A stretch of 64,000 nucleotides of DNA, from assembly GCA_963666425.2 (NCBI GenBank), contig OY762825.2:864001-928000 (forward strand), read 5' to 3'. A program made the position numbers and the translations under genes. Of this stretch, positions 53,895 through 63,168 are shown in pieces. The stretch is from Bacillota bacterium (lineage in GTDB: Bacteria > Bacillota > JAAYKD01). Position 1 is the first letter of the stretch. Every line of letters begins with the position of its first letter. Under the pieces are notes generated by a model that had not been told where the DNA came from, did not search any database, and was given only the letters and a program-made list of their open reading frames with translations.

Positions 53895-55349
53895 CTAGTT
53901 ATTTTTTTGCTTCGTTGCCGCTGCTTTGGCACAGAAATCTGTAAACCAAGCAAACAGCGGTGTCATATCAGGCCCTTGAGGCGGTTCCGGAAAATCACCG
54001 CGCATCCGTTCCGGATGCCACTGGAAGCCATAGATAGGCAGTGTCTCATGTTCGCAGGCTTCTGCCACGCCGTCTTCTGAGTAAGCCGTAATCCGCAGCT
54101 GTTCGGCTACACGGCCAACTTTTAAATTATGGCGGCTGTTGATCCAAAACTGATCGCCAAATATCCCGGCGAGCAGTGAATTTGCTTCTGTTTTGATTAA
54201 ATGTTCCGTCATCATATGTTCTACACCGTCTTGCAATTTAAAGTTCAGCACCAGGTCGCCGCCGAGGACAACGTTGATTTCCTGCATACCAAGGCAAATG
54301 CCAAAAATCGGTTTCTGGGCTTTTAAGGCGGCACGGATCATAGCGTGATCGTCCGGCGTACGGATCCTCTGCATTTCCGGCGTCAGCAATCCGGGAGCCG
54401 GTGCGTAGGCATGAGAACCGGACAAGACCAAACCATCCACGATTGCCATATATTCATCCAAACTGTTCATATCCAGCGGTGAAATCGGGACAGCGTCAAC
54501 CGCAGCAAAGGCAGCAGAATAGGTTTTGTTTAAAACATGGCCGAGTGAAAAGAATTCCCGATCGATTGCCGGGCCATCGGAAATCAGAAAAATCGGTTTC
54601 TTCTGAGCCGCTGCCGGTTTGATATTTTTCTGGCTCAGTTCGATCAATTTGGCAAAGAGGGCACCGTCCTGCATCACACCGTCTACTGCCCGCTCCGGAT
54701 TCCATTGCACGCCAAAGACTGGCTTGCTTTCATGGGCGATGGCTTCAATCACACCGTCTTCCGCTCTAGCCGCCACCTGCATACCGGGAGCCAAGCTTTT
54801 GACTGCCCGCTTGTGGCAGCTGGTGACGGTCGTACCGCTTTGAATCACCGAAGAAAGCATTGTGTTCGCTTCTACCTGTATGGGATGAAAACCAAAATTC
54901 ACCGGTAACGGCGGCAGCGCCGGCGGTTGGACAGCGCCGGGATGCATGAGGTTGGTATCTTTACTCAAATCTTTATAAAGCGTCCCCTGCAAAGCGACAT
55001 TGATGATCTGCATACCGCGGCCGATGCCCATAATCGGTTTACCTGCTTCATAAAACAATTGGCAAAGCCGGAAATCCAGATCATCCCGTGTTCGGCTGAA
55101 GGGATGCATCTCGGCGGCGTCTTTGTAGATCTCACCAAACCGGTAGACGTGCATATCCAACCCATCGGTCAGTAATAAAGCATCCGCCAGATCACAGTAT
55201 TCTTCAGCTGCTTTGATATCGAAACCCCAAATCGGCAGTCCTCCCGCTTTGGCCACTGCCTCGCCATAGGCATTGCTCATCACGTTTAAAGGGGTCCCGT
55301 CGGCACCGATGCCGTCTTCTCCAACGATTAAAATTCTCGGTTTCATCAT
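53895..55349 (-). CDS. Tandem-domain peptidase C26 / PuuD-like glutamine amidotransferase-fold hydrolase
   Basis: Two class I GATase repeats: GIGRGMQ..QWNPE and GICLGMQ..QWHPE. Confidence 0.85.
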   Translation of the reverse strand: MMKPRILIVGEDGIGADGTPLNVMSNAYGEAVAKAGGLPIWGFDIKAAEEYCDLADALLLTDGLDMHVYRFGEIYKDAAEMHPFSRTRDDLDFRLCQLFYEAGKPIMGIGRGMQIINVALQGTLYKDLSKDTNLMHPGAVQPPALPPLPVNFGFHPIQVEANTMLSSVIQSGTTVTSCHKRAVKSLAPGMQVAARAEDGVIEAIAHESKPVFGVQWNPERAVDGVMQDGALFAKLIELSQKNIKPAAAQKKPIFLISDGPAIDREFFSLGHVLNKTYSAAFAAVDAVPISPLDMNSLDEYMAIVDGLVLSGSHAYAPAPGLLTPEMQRIRTPDDHAMIRAALKAQKPIFGICLGMQEINVVLGGDLVLNFKLQDGVEHMMTEHLIKTEANSLLAGIFGDQFWINSRHNLKVGRVAEQLRITAYSEDGVAEACEHETLPIYGFQWHPERMRGDFPEPPQGPDMTPLFAWFTDFCAKAAATKQKNN

Positions 55350-55398
55350 AAAATATCATCCTTTCGCTTTTTAATCGGATTCTATGTTCGTTCGCTCG

Positions 55399-56049
55399 TT
55401 AAAATGTAATCAGGTTTTGTAAATGAGTCCAGCATTCCGCTAAGTAATAGGCCGTCCCGGATAAACCGATTTTAATTTTCTCTCTCGCCGGCAAATCATG
55501 TCCCTGCAAGAGAAGACCTTCCTGTTCCAATTCCGTCAGCAGCCGAGGCTGCAAAAGACTGGGAAACAGAGCGGCAGGAACTTGAACGATGGCCAAATTC
55601 TCCATAGAAGCTCGTGGCTCCGCCTGAAATTCTCCCCAATAAACGGGCGTAAACCAGGTGCGATAATAGGGTTCTTGACCCGGTTTCCGTACAATCCATT
55701 GTTTTTGCCATAAAAAGAGCGGTGCCGGTTGACTATCGCTCCAAGGTCCGCTGATTGTTTGCAGTTGTTGCTCGGGTGAAAGATACAAGGTTGATCCGTA
55801 CGGCGGTTCTTTTAAATCAATCGCTGCGCTGGCTTCTTCGATCGCCTCCCGTGCGACTGCCTGACTGAAATTTTCCGATCCTTCCAAACCGCCGCCGATG
55901 CCGATGCAATGGATCACAACACTGCCGTCCTCTTCGTTCTGCCAATAAGCAGGCTGGCTGAGGGCAAAGACCAGGCGTCCCTGCCAGGTGCTGAGCAGAC
56001 CGGTGCTGAAGCGGCAATCGGCAATGGCTAAATTTTTCAGTGTTTTCAT
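55399..56049 (-). CDS. NUDIX-like protein
   Basis: GGGLEGSENFSQAVAREAIEEA fits the Nudix box Gx5Ex7REUxEE. Confidence 0.7.
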   Translation of the reverse strand: MKTLKNLAIADCRFSTGLLSTWQGRLVFALSQPAYWQNEEDGSVVIHCIGIGGGLEGSENFSQAVAREAIEEASAAIDLKEPPYGSTLYLSPEQQLQTISGPWSDSQPAPLFLWQKQWIVRKPGQEPYYRTWFTPVYWGEFQAEPRASMENLAIVQVPAALFPSLLQPRLLTELEQEGLLLQGHDLPAREKIKIGLSGTAYYLAECWTHLQNLITF

Positions 56050-56696
56050 TGGCTGTTTTCTTCTCCACTAATCGCAATAGCCCGGACAGGCGCACCATCC
56101 GAAGCAAGGTAATGCAGCGGCAGAGCATAAAACTGCAGCAGTTGCTGACCTAGCCGCTGCAAGTTGATCAGGTTCTCAATGATTAAAATTTCTTTTTCCA
56201 ACAGAATACGGTGATTGATCAGGGAATCAATCGGATCAATCGAGGTCGTATCCACGCCGAACCCTTTTTTGCCTTGCTTCACCAGCCACTGTGCAATTTC
56301 CGAACTGATCCTGGGGTAGTGTTGGTTGTATTGCTCACTGCCCCAATAGCGACTCCAGCCGGTATGCAGCAAAACAAACTCTGCCTGTTCTGCCAGCGGC
56401 TGCAAATGCAGCATTTCGTTCAAGCTGAGGATGCTGTCTGCCGGCAACCCACTGCAATCGACGACTGCGGCGGACCCCAAAAAATGCTCCGGTGAGAATT
56501 GGTCCAGCGTTTTGCCATCGAGGAAAATATGCGCAGGTGCATCCATATGAGTGCCGTGATGAGAATATAAAGTCAGCGCTGTCTGCCGGAAATAATCGTT
56601 TTCTATGGTATTCACCTGCCGGAGCACCGGCTGCGGTGTTCCGGGGTAGACGGTCAGTTCTGCTGTTAAAAGATGCGTCAATTCTACAACCCGCAA
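56046..56696 (-). CDS. Cyclase / kynurenine formamidase-like metallohydrolase
   Basis: HHGTHMDAPAH, LHTGW, GVDT, IIENL, DGAPVRA. Confidence 0.9.
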   Translation of the reverse strand: MRVVELTHLLTAELTVYPGTPQPVLRQVNTIENDYFRQTALTLYSHHGTHMDAPAHIFLDGKTLDQFSPEHFLGSAAVVDCSGLPADSILSLNEMLHLQPLAEQAEFVLLHTGWSRYWGSEQYNQHYPRISSEIAQWLVKQGKKGFGVDTTSIDPIDSLINHRILLEKEILIIENLINLQRLGQQLLQFYALPLHYLASDGAPVRAIAISGEENSQ

Positions 56697-56769
56697 AGAG
56701 AGTCACCTCAATCCAAACGATAATCAGATAGGCTGTCTCAAATGCTGAGACAGCCTATCAGGGATTTTC

Positions 56770-57933
56770 CTATTGTTCGACTACAATTTCACCGTTCAAA
56801 ATCACATGGCTAGGTTTCGCACCGGTGTCAAAAGGATGGCGCTGCCAAATCACCAGATCCGCTTCTTTGCCAACTTCCAGAGAACCAAAGCGATTGTCCA
56901 GTCCGAGGATCTGCGCCGGATAGAGAGTAATGGCCTTTAGCGCTTCCATTTCCGGCAAACCTGCTGCACAAGCCATGCCGGCTAAGAGGGGCAGTGATTC
57001 CTGCGGCAGCACAGGAGAATCCGTACAAATCGCTACTTTGACCCCGGCTTTGTTTAATACAGCCGGCGTGGTAAAGCTTTTATTGGCTAATTCGACTTTG
57101 GTGCGGCTGCCAAAGCTGGGACCGACGATGGCGGGATAGCCTAGTTTAGCCAGACGTTCCGGCATCAGATGTCCTTCGGTGCAATGATCGAGCGTCAGTT
57201 TTACATTGAATTCCTGAGCAATCCGGATGGCGGTCAGGATATCATCGGCACGATGCGCATGTGCCTTCAAGGGAATTTCCCGGTGGATGACCGGCAGTAA
57301 AGCTTCCAATTTCAAATTGCGCTCCGGTGCCGGTTTCTCTTCTTGCTTGGCCAATTCAATTTTTCGATCATAATCAACCGCCGCAGCCAATGCTTCCCGC
57401 AGAACAGCGGCTGTGCCTAAACGGGTAGAGGGCATCATCTGACGGCTGCTGTAAACACGTTTGGGGTTTTCACCAAAGGCGCATTTCATCGCAGCCGGGT
57501 TCATCACCACCGCCTCATCGACACAATCCCCATATGTTTTGACGACAAAAAAGCTGCCGCCGATCACATTAGCAGAGCCTGGACCGGTCGCCACCATGGT
57601 GACACCACCTGCTAACGCTTCTCGTACCGTACGGTCGGTCGGCGTATATCCGTCGATACCACGCACTTGCGCCGTATTAGGGCTGGTCGCCTCATTGCCG
57701 TCAGCGCCTTCAAAGCCAATAGCATCTTCTTCTAATCCCAAATGGCAGTGCGCATCGATCAAACCGGGTGTCACCAGATGTCCGTGGGCATTGATTTCTT
57801 TTGCACCCAGCGGCAGCGGTAAAGCCTCACCGATCGCTGCGATTTTTCCGTCCAGCAGCAACAAATCCCCTTTGATCACACCGGCACTCGTCATCGTCAC
57901 CAATTTCGCATTGCGGATCAATAAAGTACTCAT
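56770..57933 (-). CDS. Metal-dependent amidohydrolase, copy 1
   Basis: PGLIDAHCH, GPGSAN, KCAFGENPKR, AHAHRADD, DHCTEG, TDSP. Confidence 0.92.
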   Translation of the reverse strand: MSTLLIRNAKLVTMTSAGVIKGDLLLLDGKIAAIGEALPLPLGAKEINAHGHLVTPGLIDAHCHLGLEEDAIGFEGADGNEATSPNTAQVRGIDGYTPTDRTVREALAGGVTMVATGPGSANVIGGSFFVVKTYGDCVDEAVVMNPAAMKCAFGENPKRVYSSRQMMPSTRLGTAAVLREALAAAVDYDRKIELAKQEEKPAPERNLKLEALLPVIHREIPLKAHAHRADDILTAIRIAQEFNVKLTLDHCTEGHLMPERLAKLGYPAIVGPSFGSRTKVELANKSFTTPAVLNKAGVKVAICTDSPVLPQESLPLLAGMACAAGLPEMEALKAITLYPAQILGLDNRFGSLEVGKEADLVIWQRHPFDTGAKPSHVILNGEIVVEQ

Positions 57934-57957
57934 GATAACGCTCCTTTAGCTTCGGAC

Positions 57958-59117
57958 TTAGCCGATCACCACTTCGCCGTTGACGATGACATGGCTGGGT
58001 TTGGCGCCATTTTCAAAGGGGTGCTTATTCCAAATCACTACGTCTGCATCTTTACCGACTTCCAATGAACCGACCAAATGATCGATCCCGATGATTTCGG
58101 CGGCATTGATCGTGATGGCTTCGAAGGCTTCCATTTCGTCCAAACCTTCTGCGACAGCCATGCCGGCCATCAAAGGTAAGCTTTCCAGAGGAACGACCGG
58201 AGAATCTGTACAGATGGCTACTTTCACACCGGCTTTGGTCAAAACGCCTGGTGTTTTAAAGCCTTTTTCTTTCAATTCAAATTTAGTGCGCGCACCAAAG
58301 CTGGGGCCGACAATCGCGGGCAGTCCTAATTTAGCCAAGTGTCCTGCAATCAGGTGACCTTCGGTACAATGATCGAGCGTCAGCTTGACGTTGAATTCTT
58401 TGGCAATCCGAATGGCGGTAAAGATGTCGTCGGCGCGGTGAGCATGTGCCTTTAAGGGCATTTCACGTTTTATAACCGGAATCAAAGCTTCGGATTGCAG
58501 ATTACGATCCGGTGCCGGTTTTCCCTCTTTCTCTGCCTGCTCCAATTTATTCATATAATTGGTGGCAGCTACCAGGGCTTCCCGAATCACTGCCGCGGTT
58601 CCCATCCGCGTAGCCGGCATTTTCTTTTGACCGCTGTAAACCCGTTTGGATTTTCGCCGAAGGCGCATTTCATGGCGATGGGATCTTTGATGATCATATC
58701 ATCCACACAATCGCCATGTAATTTAGCAGCAAAGAAGGTACCGCCCAGCACATTGGCGGATCCGGGACCGGTCGCTACACTAACTACACCACCGGCAAGA
58801 GCTTCTTTGACCATCCGATCCATCGGATTGAAGCCATCAATACCACGGACTTGAGCGGTATTGGGATTGGTTGCCTCATTGACATCGTTACCTTCGAAGC
58901 CGATGGCATCTTCCATCATACCGATATGACAGTGTGCATCAATCAAGCCCGGCGTTACGATGTGGTTTTTCGCATTGATTACTCTGGCGCCTTCCGGAAC
59001 CTTGACCGTTTCAGCAACGGCAGCAACTTTACCATCCGTTAAAAGTATTTCTCCCTTGACAATGCCTTGCTTGCCCATCGTATAGATGCGCGCATTTTTA
59101 ATGACTATTGATTGCAT
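57958..59117 (-). pseudogene. Metal-dependent amidohydrolase, copy 2, frameshifted near 58646
   Basis: Two ORF halves co-linear with copy 1; GENP/KRVYS is split by one missing base (AATCCAAACGG). Confidence 0.85.
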
Positions 59118-59270
59118 ATGATTCATCCTCCCTTTATTAATTGCTACTTCTCTTCTCATTTTCCCGAATGAATTCCTTCTTTCTCCCTGTTTTCAACCGG
59201 GAGCAGAAGGATTATTTTGTTGCAGAAGCGAAATATCTATCTGAACAAAAGATAAGGGAGTGAAGCCGGT

Positions 59271-60011
59271 ATGTCAGAGAAAAAAACTGGCATCAGCTCT
59301 TTTTTTCAATTGGCAGACAGCCAAAAGAAAAGGATCTGGGAAATCGATGCCCTGCGCGGGATTGCGATCTGTAATATGATCCTTTGTCACTTGCTCTATG
59401 ATCTGCGCTGGTTTTTCGCTTGGCCGATCGACTTGAACAGCCCCTGGCTTTGGCTGCCTTTTCAGGGGGCAGTGCTGTTTTTTTTACTTTCCGGGATCAG
59501 CAGTAATTTTAGCCGGTATGCAATTCGACGCGGTCTGCAGACCGGCGCCTGTGCGCTCCTCGTAACCTTTGTCACTTGGCTCATCGACCATCAGGCTTAT
59601 GTCCGTTTTGGTACGCTGCATTTCTTAGCTTGCGCCATGCTGTTGACACCGCTGTTGAAAAAAAACAATTCGCTGCAGCTGGCGGGTTGTATTCTGCTTT
59701 TTTTTGCTTTTGGTTTCTATTTTTCCCAATATCGAGTCAGCATCCCCTGGCTTTTCCCTTTGGGATTGCTGACAGCCGATTTCAGTTCAACAGATTATTT
59801 TGCTATTTTCCCGAATTTAGGCTATTATGCTTTGGGTATTTTGCTGGCTCGGCGCTATTATGCCGAGCGCCGCTCGCGGCTTGCTCCCTTTCCTCATACT
59901 CTTTGGCTGCAATGGATGGGGCAGCATGCGCTCTTTCTTTATCTGGTACACCAACCTCTGCTTTTAGCCTTTTCAGGGCTGCTCTCTTGGGCGAAGGGTT
60001 TCCTCAGCTAA
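59271..60011 (+). CDS. DUF1624 / HGSNAT-like membrane acyltransferase
   Basis: RIWEIDALRGIAI, FGTLH, DYFAIFP, GQHAL.LYLVHQP. Confidence 0.85.
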   Translation: MSEKKTGISSFFQLADSQKKRIWEIDALRGIAICNMILCHLLYDLRWFFAWPIDLNSPWLWLPFQGAVLFFLLSGISSNFSRYAIRRGLQTGACALLVTFVTWLIDHQAYVRFGTLHFLACAMLLTPLLKKNNSLQLAGCILLFFAFGFYFSQYRVSIPWLFPLGLLTADFSSTDYFAIFPNLGYYALGILLARRYYAERRSRLAPFPHTLWLQWMGQHALFLYLVHQPLLLAFSGLLSWAKGFLS

Positions 60012-60130
60012 AAGAAAGATCAGCGCTATTTCGGGCAGCATCATGAAATGAAATACTCCTGCAGACAGCACAGCGGTGTGCAGGAGATTCATCTATAGAG
60101 TATAAAAAGAAAAAACGAGAAGAGGAGTGA

Positions 60131-61135
60131 ATGATCATCTCACAAAAATTAGCAAAAGTTTTAATTATCGCCACCGGCGGCACCATTGCCGGCCGCGGCA
60201 ATCCGGGCAAAACAGTTGGTTACAAACCAGGTGAAATCAGTATTGCCGATTTGATTGAAAGCATACCGCAGCTTACGGACGCTGCTGAAATTGAAGGTCT
60301 GCAATTTGCCAATGTTGGTTCGATTGCCCTAACGCATCAGGATTGGCTGCGTCTGGCGCAGACCATCAATACCCGTTTCGCCGAAGATGCGGAACTTGCC
60401 GGTGTAGTCATCACACACGGTACCGATACCTTGGAAGAAACGGCTTACTTTTTGAATTTAACCATCAAAGACCGGCGGCCGGTCGTGGTGGTCGGTTCCA
60501 TGCGGCCGGCAACCGCCCTTTCGGCCGACGGACCGCTCAATCTGCTCAACGCTGTGAAAATAGCAGCCTGTGCCGAATCCTGCGGTAAAGGGGTCCTCGT
60601 CTTTTTAAACGATGAGATCCATTTTGCCCGCAGCGTGACCAAAACAAACGCCAATAAAGTGGAGACCTTTCAGAGCCATTACAATGGACCGCTCGGTTTT
60701 ATCCGCGGTGACAGAGTCTGTTATTATCAGCAGCCAACCCGGCTGCACACCGTTGACACCGCTTTTGACGTCAGCCAAATCAGCGAATTACCGCGAGTAG
60801 ACATCGCTTATGTCTATATCATGGCAGATGGAACCGCAGTGGATGCTTATCTGGCAGCCGGAGCCAAAGGGATCGTGGTTGCGGCAGCCGGTGCCGGCGC
60901 TATCCCTCATAGTATGTATGCCTCTTTAAAAATCGCCGCAGCAGCCGGTGTAGCCGTCTTGGTCTGCAGCCGAACCGGTGCCGGTTTGGTTGGCCCCGCC
61001 AATGAAGAATCAAACCGCCAAGGTCAGCTCACCGGCGATAATCTGAATCCGCAAAAAGCCCGCGTCCTGCTGAGTTTAGCCTTGGCACACAGCAGTGATT
61101 TTGTGCAGATCCAAAAATGGATCAACCAATACTAA
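60131..61135 (+). CDS. L-asparaginase
   Basis: ATGGTIAG, HGTDTLEET, SADGP, NPQKAR. Confidence 0.93.
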   Translation: MIISQKLAKVLIIATGGTIAGRGNPGKTVGYKPGEISIADLIESIPQLTDAAEIEGLQFANVGSIALTHQDWLRLAQTINTRFAEDAELAGVVITHGTDTLEETAYFLNLTIKDRRPVVVVGSMRPATALSADGPLNLLNAVKIAACAESCGKGVLVFLNDEIHFARSVTKTNANKVETFQSHYNGPLGFIRGDRVCYYQQPTRLHTVDTAFDVSQISELPRVDIAYVYIMADGTAVDAYLAAGAKGIVVAAAGAGAIPHSMYASLKIAAAAGVAVLVCSRTGAGLVGPANEESNRQGQLTGDNLNPQKARVLLSLALAHSSDFVQIQKWINQY

Positions 61136-61146
61136 AGGAGCGAAGC

Positions 61147-61827
61147 ATGCCTAAGATCGGTTTGATTACGGTCGGTCAAAGCCCGCGCAGTGATATTACG
61201 CCGGAACTGCTGCCCTTGCTGCCGCAGAATTGTGAGATTCTCGAGCGCGGCGCTTTGGACGATCTCAATCTCCGGCAGATTCAGGAATTGGCGCCTGCCA
61301 GCGGTCAGCCTTTGCTGATCTCACGTCTGCGCGACGGCAGTCCGATTACGATTTCCCGCGAATTGACCTTAAATCGGCTGCAGGGTTGCGCCGATTGGCT
61401 GCTGGAACGCGGTGCCGATTGTCTCGTCTTACTCTGCACGGGTGATTTACCAAAACTAAAGGCTAACGTACCTTTTCTCGCGGCGGAACCTTTATTATAC
61501 CGCCTGATGCAGGGCATCACCGCCATCAATCAGTTGCCCTTTGGCGTGCTGGTTCCACTGGAATCGCAGATTGCGCAGGTTCGCCGGCAATGGCAGGAGA
61601 TCGGCCTGACTCCTGTTTTTACCGCTGCCAACCCTTACGATAAGAACAGCGATTTTGCCGGTGCAGCGAAACTGCTGCAGGCTGCCGGTGCTCGTCTGAT
61701 TTTACTCGACTGCCTCGGCTTTGGCTTAGCGGAAAAGCGCATCGTGCAGCAAGCAACCCACTTGCCGGTAATCCTGCCACGCACAGTAATTGGGCGTACA
61801 TTGGCTGAGCTACTGGAAATTTTATAA
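61147..61827 (+). CDS. aroM: AroM-family protein
   Basis: ITVGQSPRSD, GALD, SRLRDG, LCTG, LDCLG. Confidence 0.85.
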   Translation: MPKIGLITVGQSPRSDITPELLPLLPQNCEILERGALDDLNLRQIQELAPASGQPLLISRLRDGSPITISRELTLNRLQGCADWLLERGADCLVLLCTGDLPKLKANVPFLAAEPLLYRLMQGITAINQLPFGVLVPLESQIAQVRRQWQEIGLTPVFTAANPYDKNSDFAGAAKLLQAAGARLILLDCLGFGLAEKRIVQQATHLPVILPRTVIGRTLAELLEIL

Positions 61828-61863
61828 AAAACCGGTTCCAGACTAATCTGGAACCGGTTTTTT
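61825..61863. terminator. Bidirectional intrinsic terminator
   Basis: AAAAAACCGGTTCCAGA / TCTGGAACCGGTTTTTT. Confidence 0.8.
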
Positions 61864-61992
61864 CAGAGAGTTTTTTCAGAGAACGAGCAACTGAAGCTGA
61901 ACGTTGCTTTATTCTAGCGAATCCTGCCTTACACACCAAGACGGTTCATCTAATCCCAATCGATCTGGGAAGGCCACACGAACTATTCCTTG

Positions 61993-62514
61993 CTATTCTT
62001 TCCAAAGCACCTGTTCTGCTTCATACTGTGTGCGGGCTTCTTTGCTTTCGGCTGGAATACCGATCGCAATCAAACTCATCGGCTCCAAATAGTCCGGTAA
62101 ATTTAGGATTAGCTTATCCGACTGTTTACGCTCAGCCAAAGGATGCTGCCCGATCCACACCGCGCCGTAGCCGAGTGCATGGGCTGCCAGCAGAATATTC
62201 TCTGTCATGGCGGCACAATCTTCCACCCAAAAATCTCTGCCTTCTCCGACGTACATGCGACGGCTGTCGCCACTGACCAAAAAAGCAGCAGCAGCGTTCG
62301 GCAGCATTTTGCCATAGGGATTGGCATCAGCCAATTGATTGAGCAATTGCCGATCGGTAATCACCGTCACATGCCAGGGGCGATGATTGGACGCCGACGG
62401 TGCAGCCATGCCTACCTGCAGTAATTGTTCCAGCATTTCACGCGGGATTGCTTCACCGGTATAGCGGCGAATACTGCGCCGGCCAAAGAGATGCATTAAT
62501 TTAGAATTCAACAC
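61993..62514 (-). CDS. Nitroreductase-family protein
   Basis: RRSIRRY, APSASNHRPW, ENILLAAHALGYGAVW; GTG start inferred from the RBS. Confidence 0.9.
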   Translation of the reverse strand: MLNSKLMHLFGRRSIRRYTGEAIPREMLEQLLQVGMAAPSASNHRPWHVTVITDRQLLNQLADANPYGKMLPNAAAAFLVSGDSRRMYVGEGRDFWVEDCAAMTENILLAAHALGYGAVWIGQHPLAERKQSDKLILNLPDYLEPMSLIAIGIPAESKEARTQYEAEQVLWKE

Positions 62515-62536
62515 TTTCTCTGTCCCCTTCCTAAAA

Positions 62537-63037
62537 TCACGCTTCATTTTGTGTTTCTCTCGCTTGAAAAGAATAAAAGAGACCAGGTACATTCTGCAGA
62601 CGAGTGGATATCCTGTTCATTCCTGCGCCTCCAAAAAGATGCGCCGGACAGTGACAGTCTGAAGCGCCGAAGCGGGCAATGGGAATGGTGATTTCCGGTT
62701 CGGCGGCAATCAGCGCAGCCAGTTCGCATTCGGCAAGGGCGCTGGAATCAAACAGCCATATTTCACGGCAGCGCGCTTCGCGGCGCAGGTAATCGATGTG
62801 CCATTTTATGCGTCCGTCTCCCTGCCAATGCCGACGCAAGCGATGTTTGGCGTTGCGCTTGGCGCTGCCGACATAGGCATAACAGCCTGCCGGCAACGCA
62901 TAGGTCCCCTTGCGGCCGACGGTCAGTTCTAGCTGATCATCGAGCTGTAAAACCAAGACATAGCTGACAGACCTGCCCTCCAGAACATCCCAATCCGGCT
63001 GGTGGGAATCATCTGTTTTTTTATTTTCCGCTTGCAT
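62537..63037 (-). CDS. DUF123 / GIY-YIG (Uri) nuclease-family protein
   Basis: YAYVGSA, RLRRH, WHIDYL, EC, FGASDCHCPAHL. Confidence 0.85.
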   Translation of the reverse strand: MQAENKKTDDSHQPDWDVLEGRSVSYVLVLQLDDQLELTVGRKGTYALPAGCYAYVGSAKRNAKHRLRRHWQGDGRIKWHIDYLRREARCREIWLFDSSALAECELAALIAAEPEITIPIARFGASDCHCPAHLFGGAGMNRISTRLQNVPGLFYSFQARETQNEA

Positions 63038-63168
63038 TCATTCTCCCTGTCTCTCGTATCCTTAGTATCTGCACATTTCTTTTCGTGAATCCATAGACAA
63101 ACCCCTGCAATTTCTGTTAAAATGATTGCGCATACGATCATTGACGAAACCAATAGGAAGTGAACCAC

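Noticed and set aside
62537-63037. Homing endonuclease or defence nuclease
   Set aside because: DUF123-type stand-alone protein with no intron, methylase or defence neighbours.
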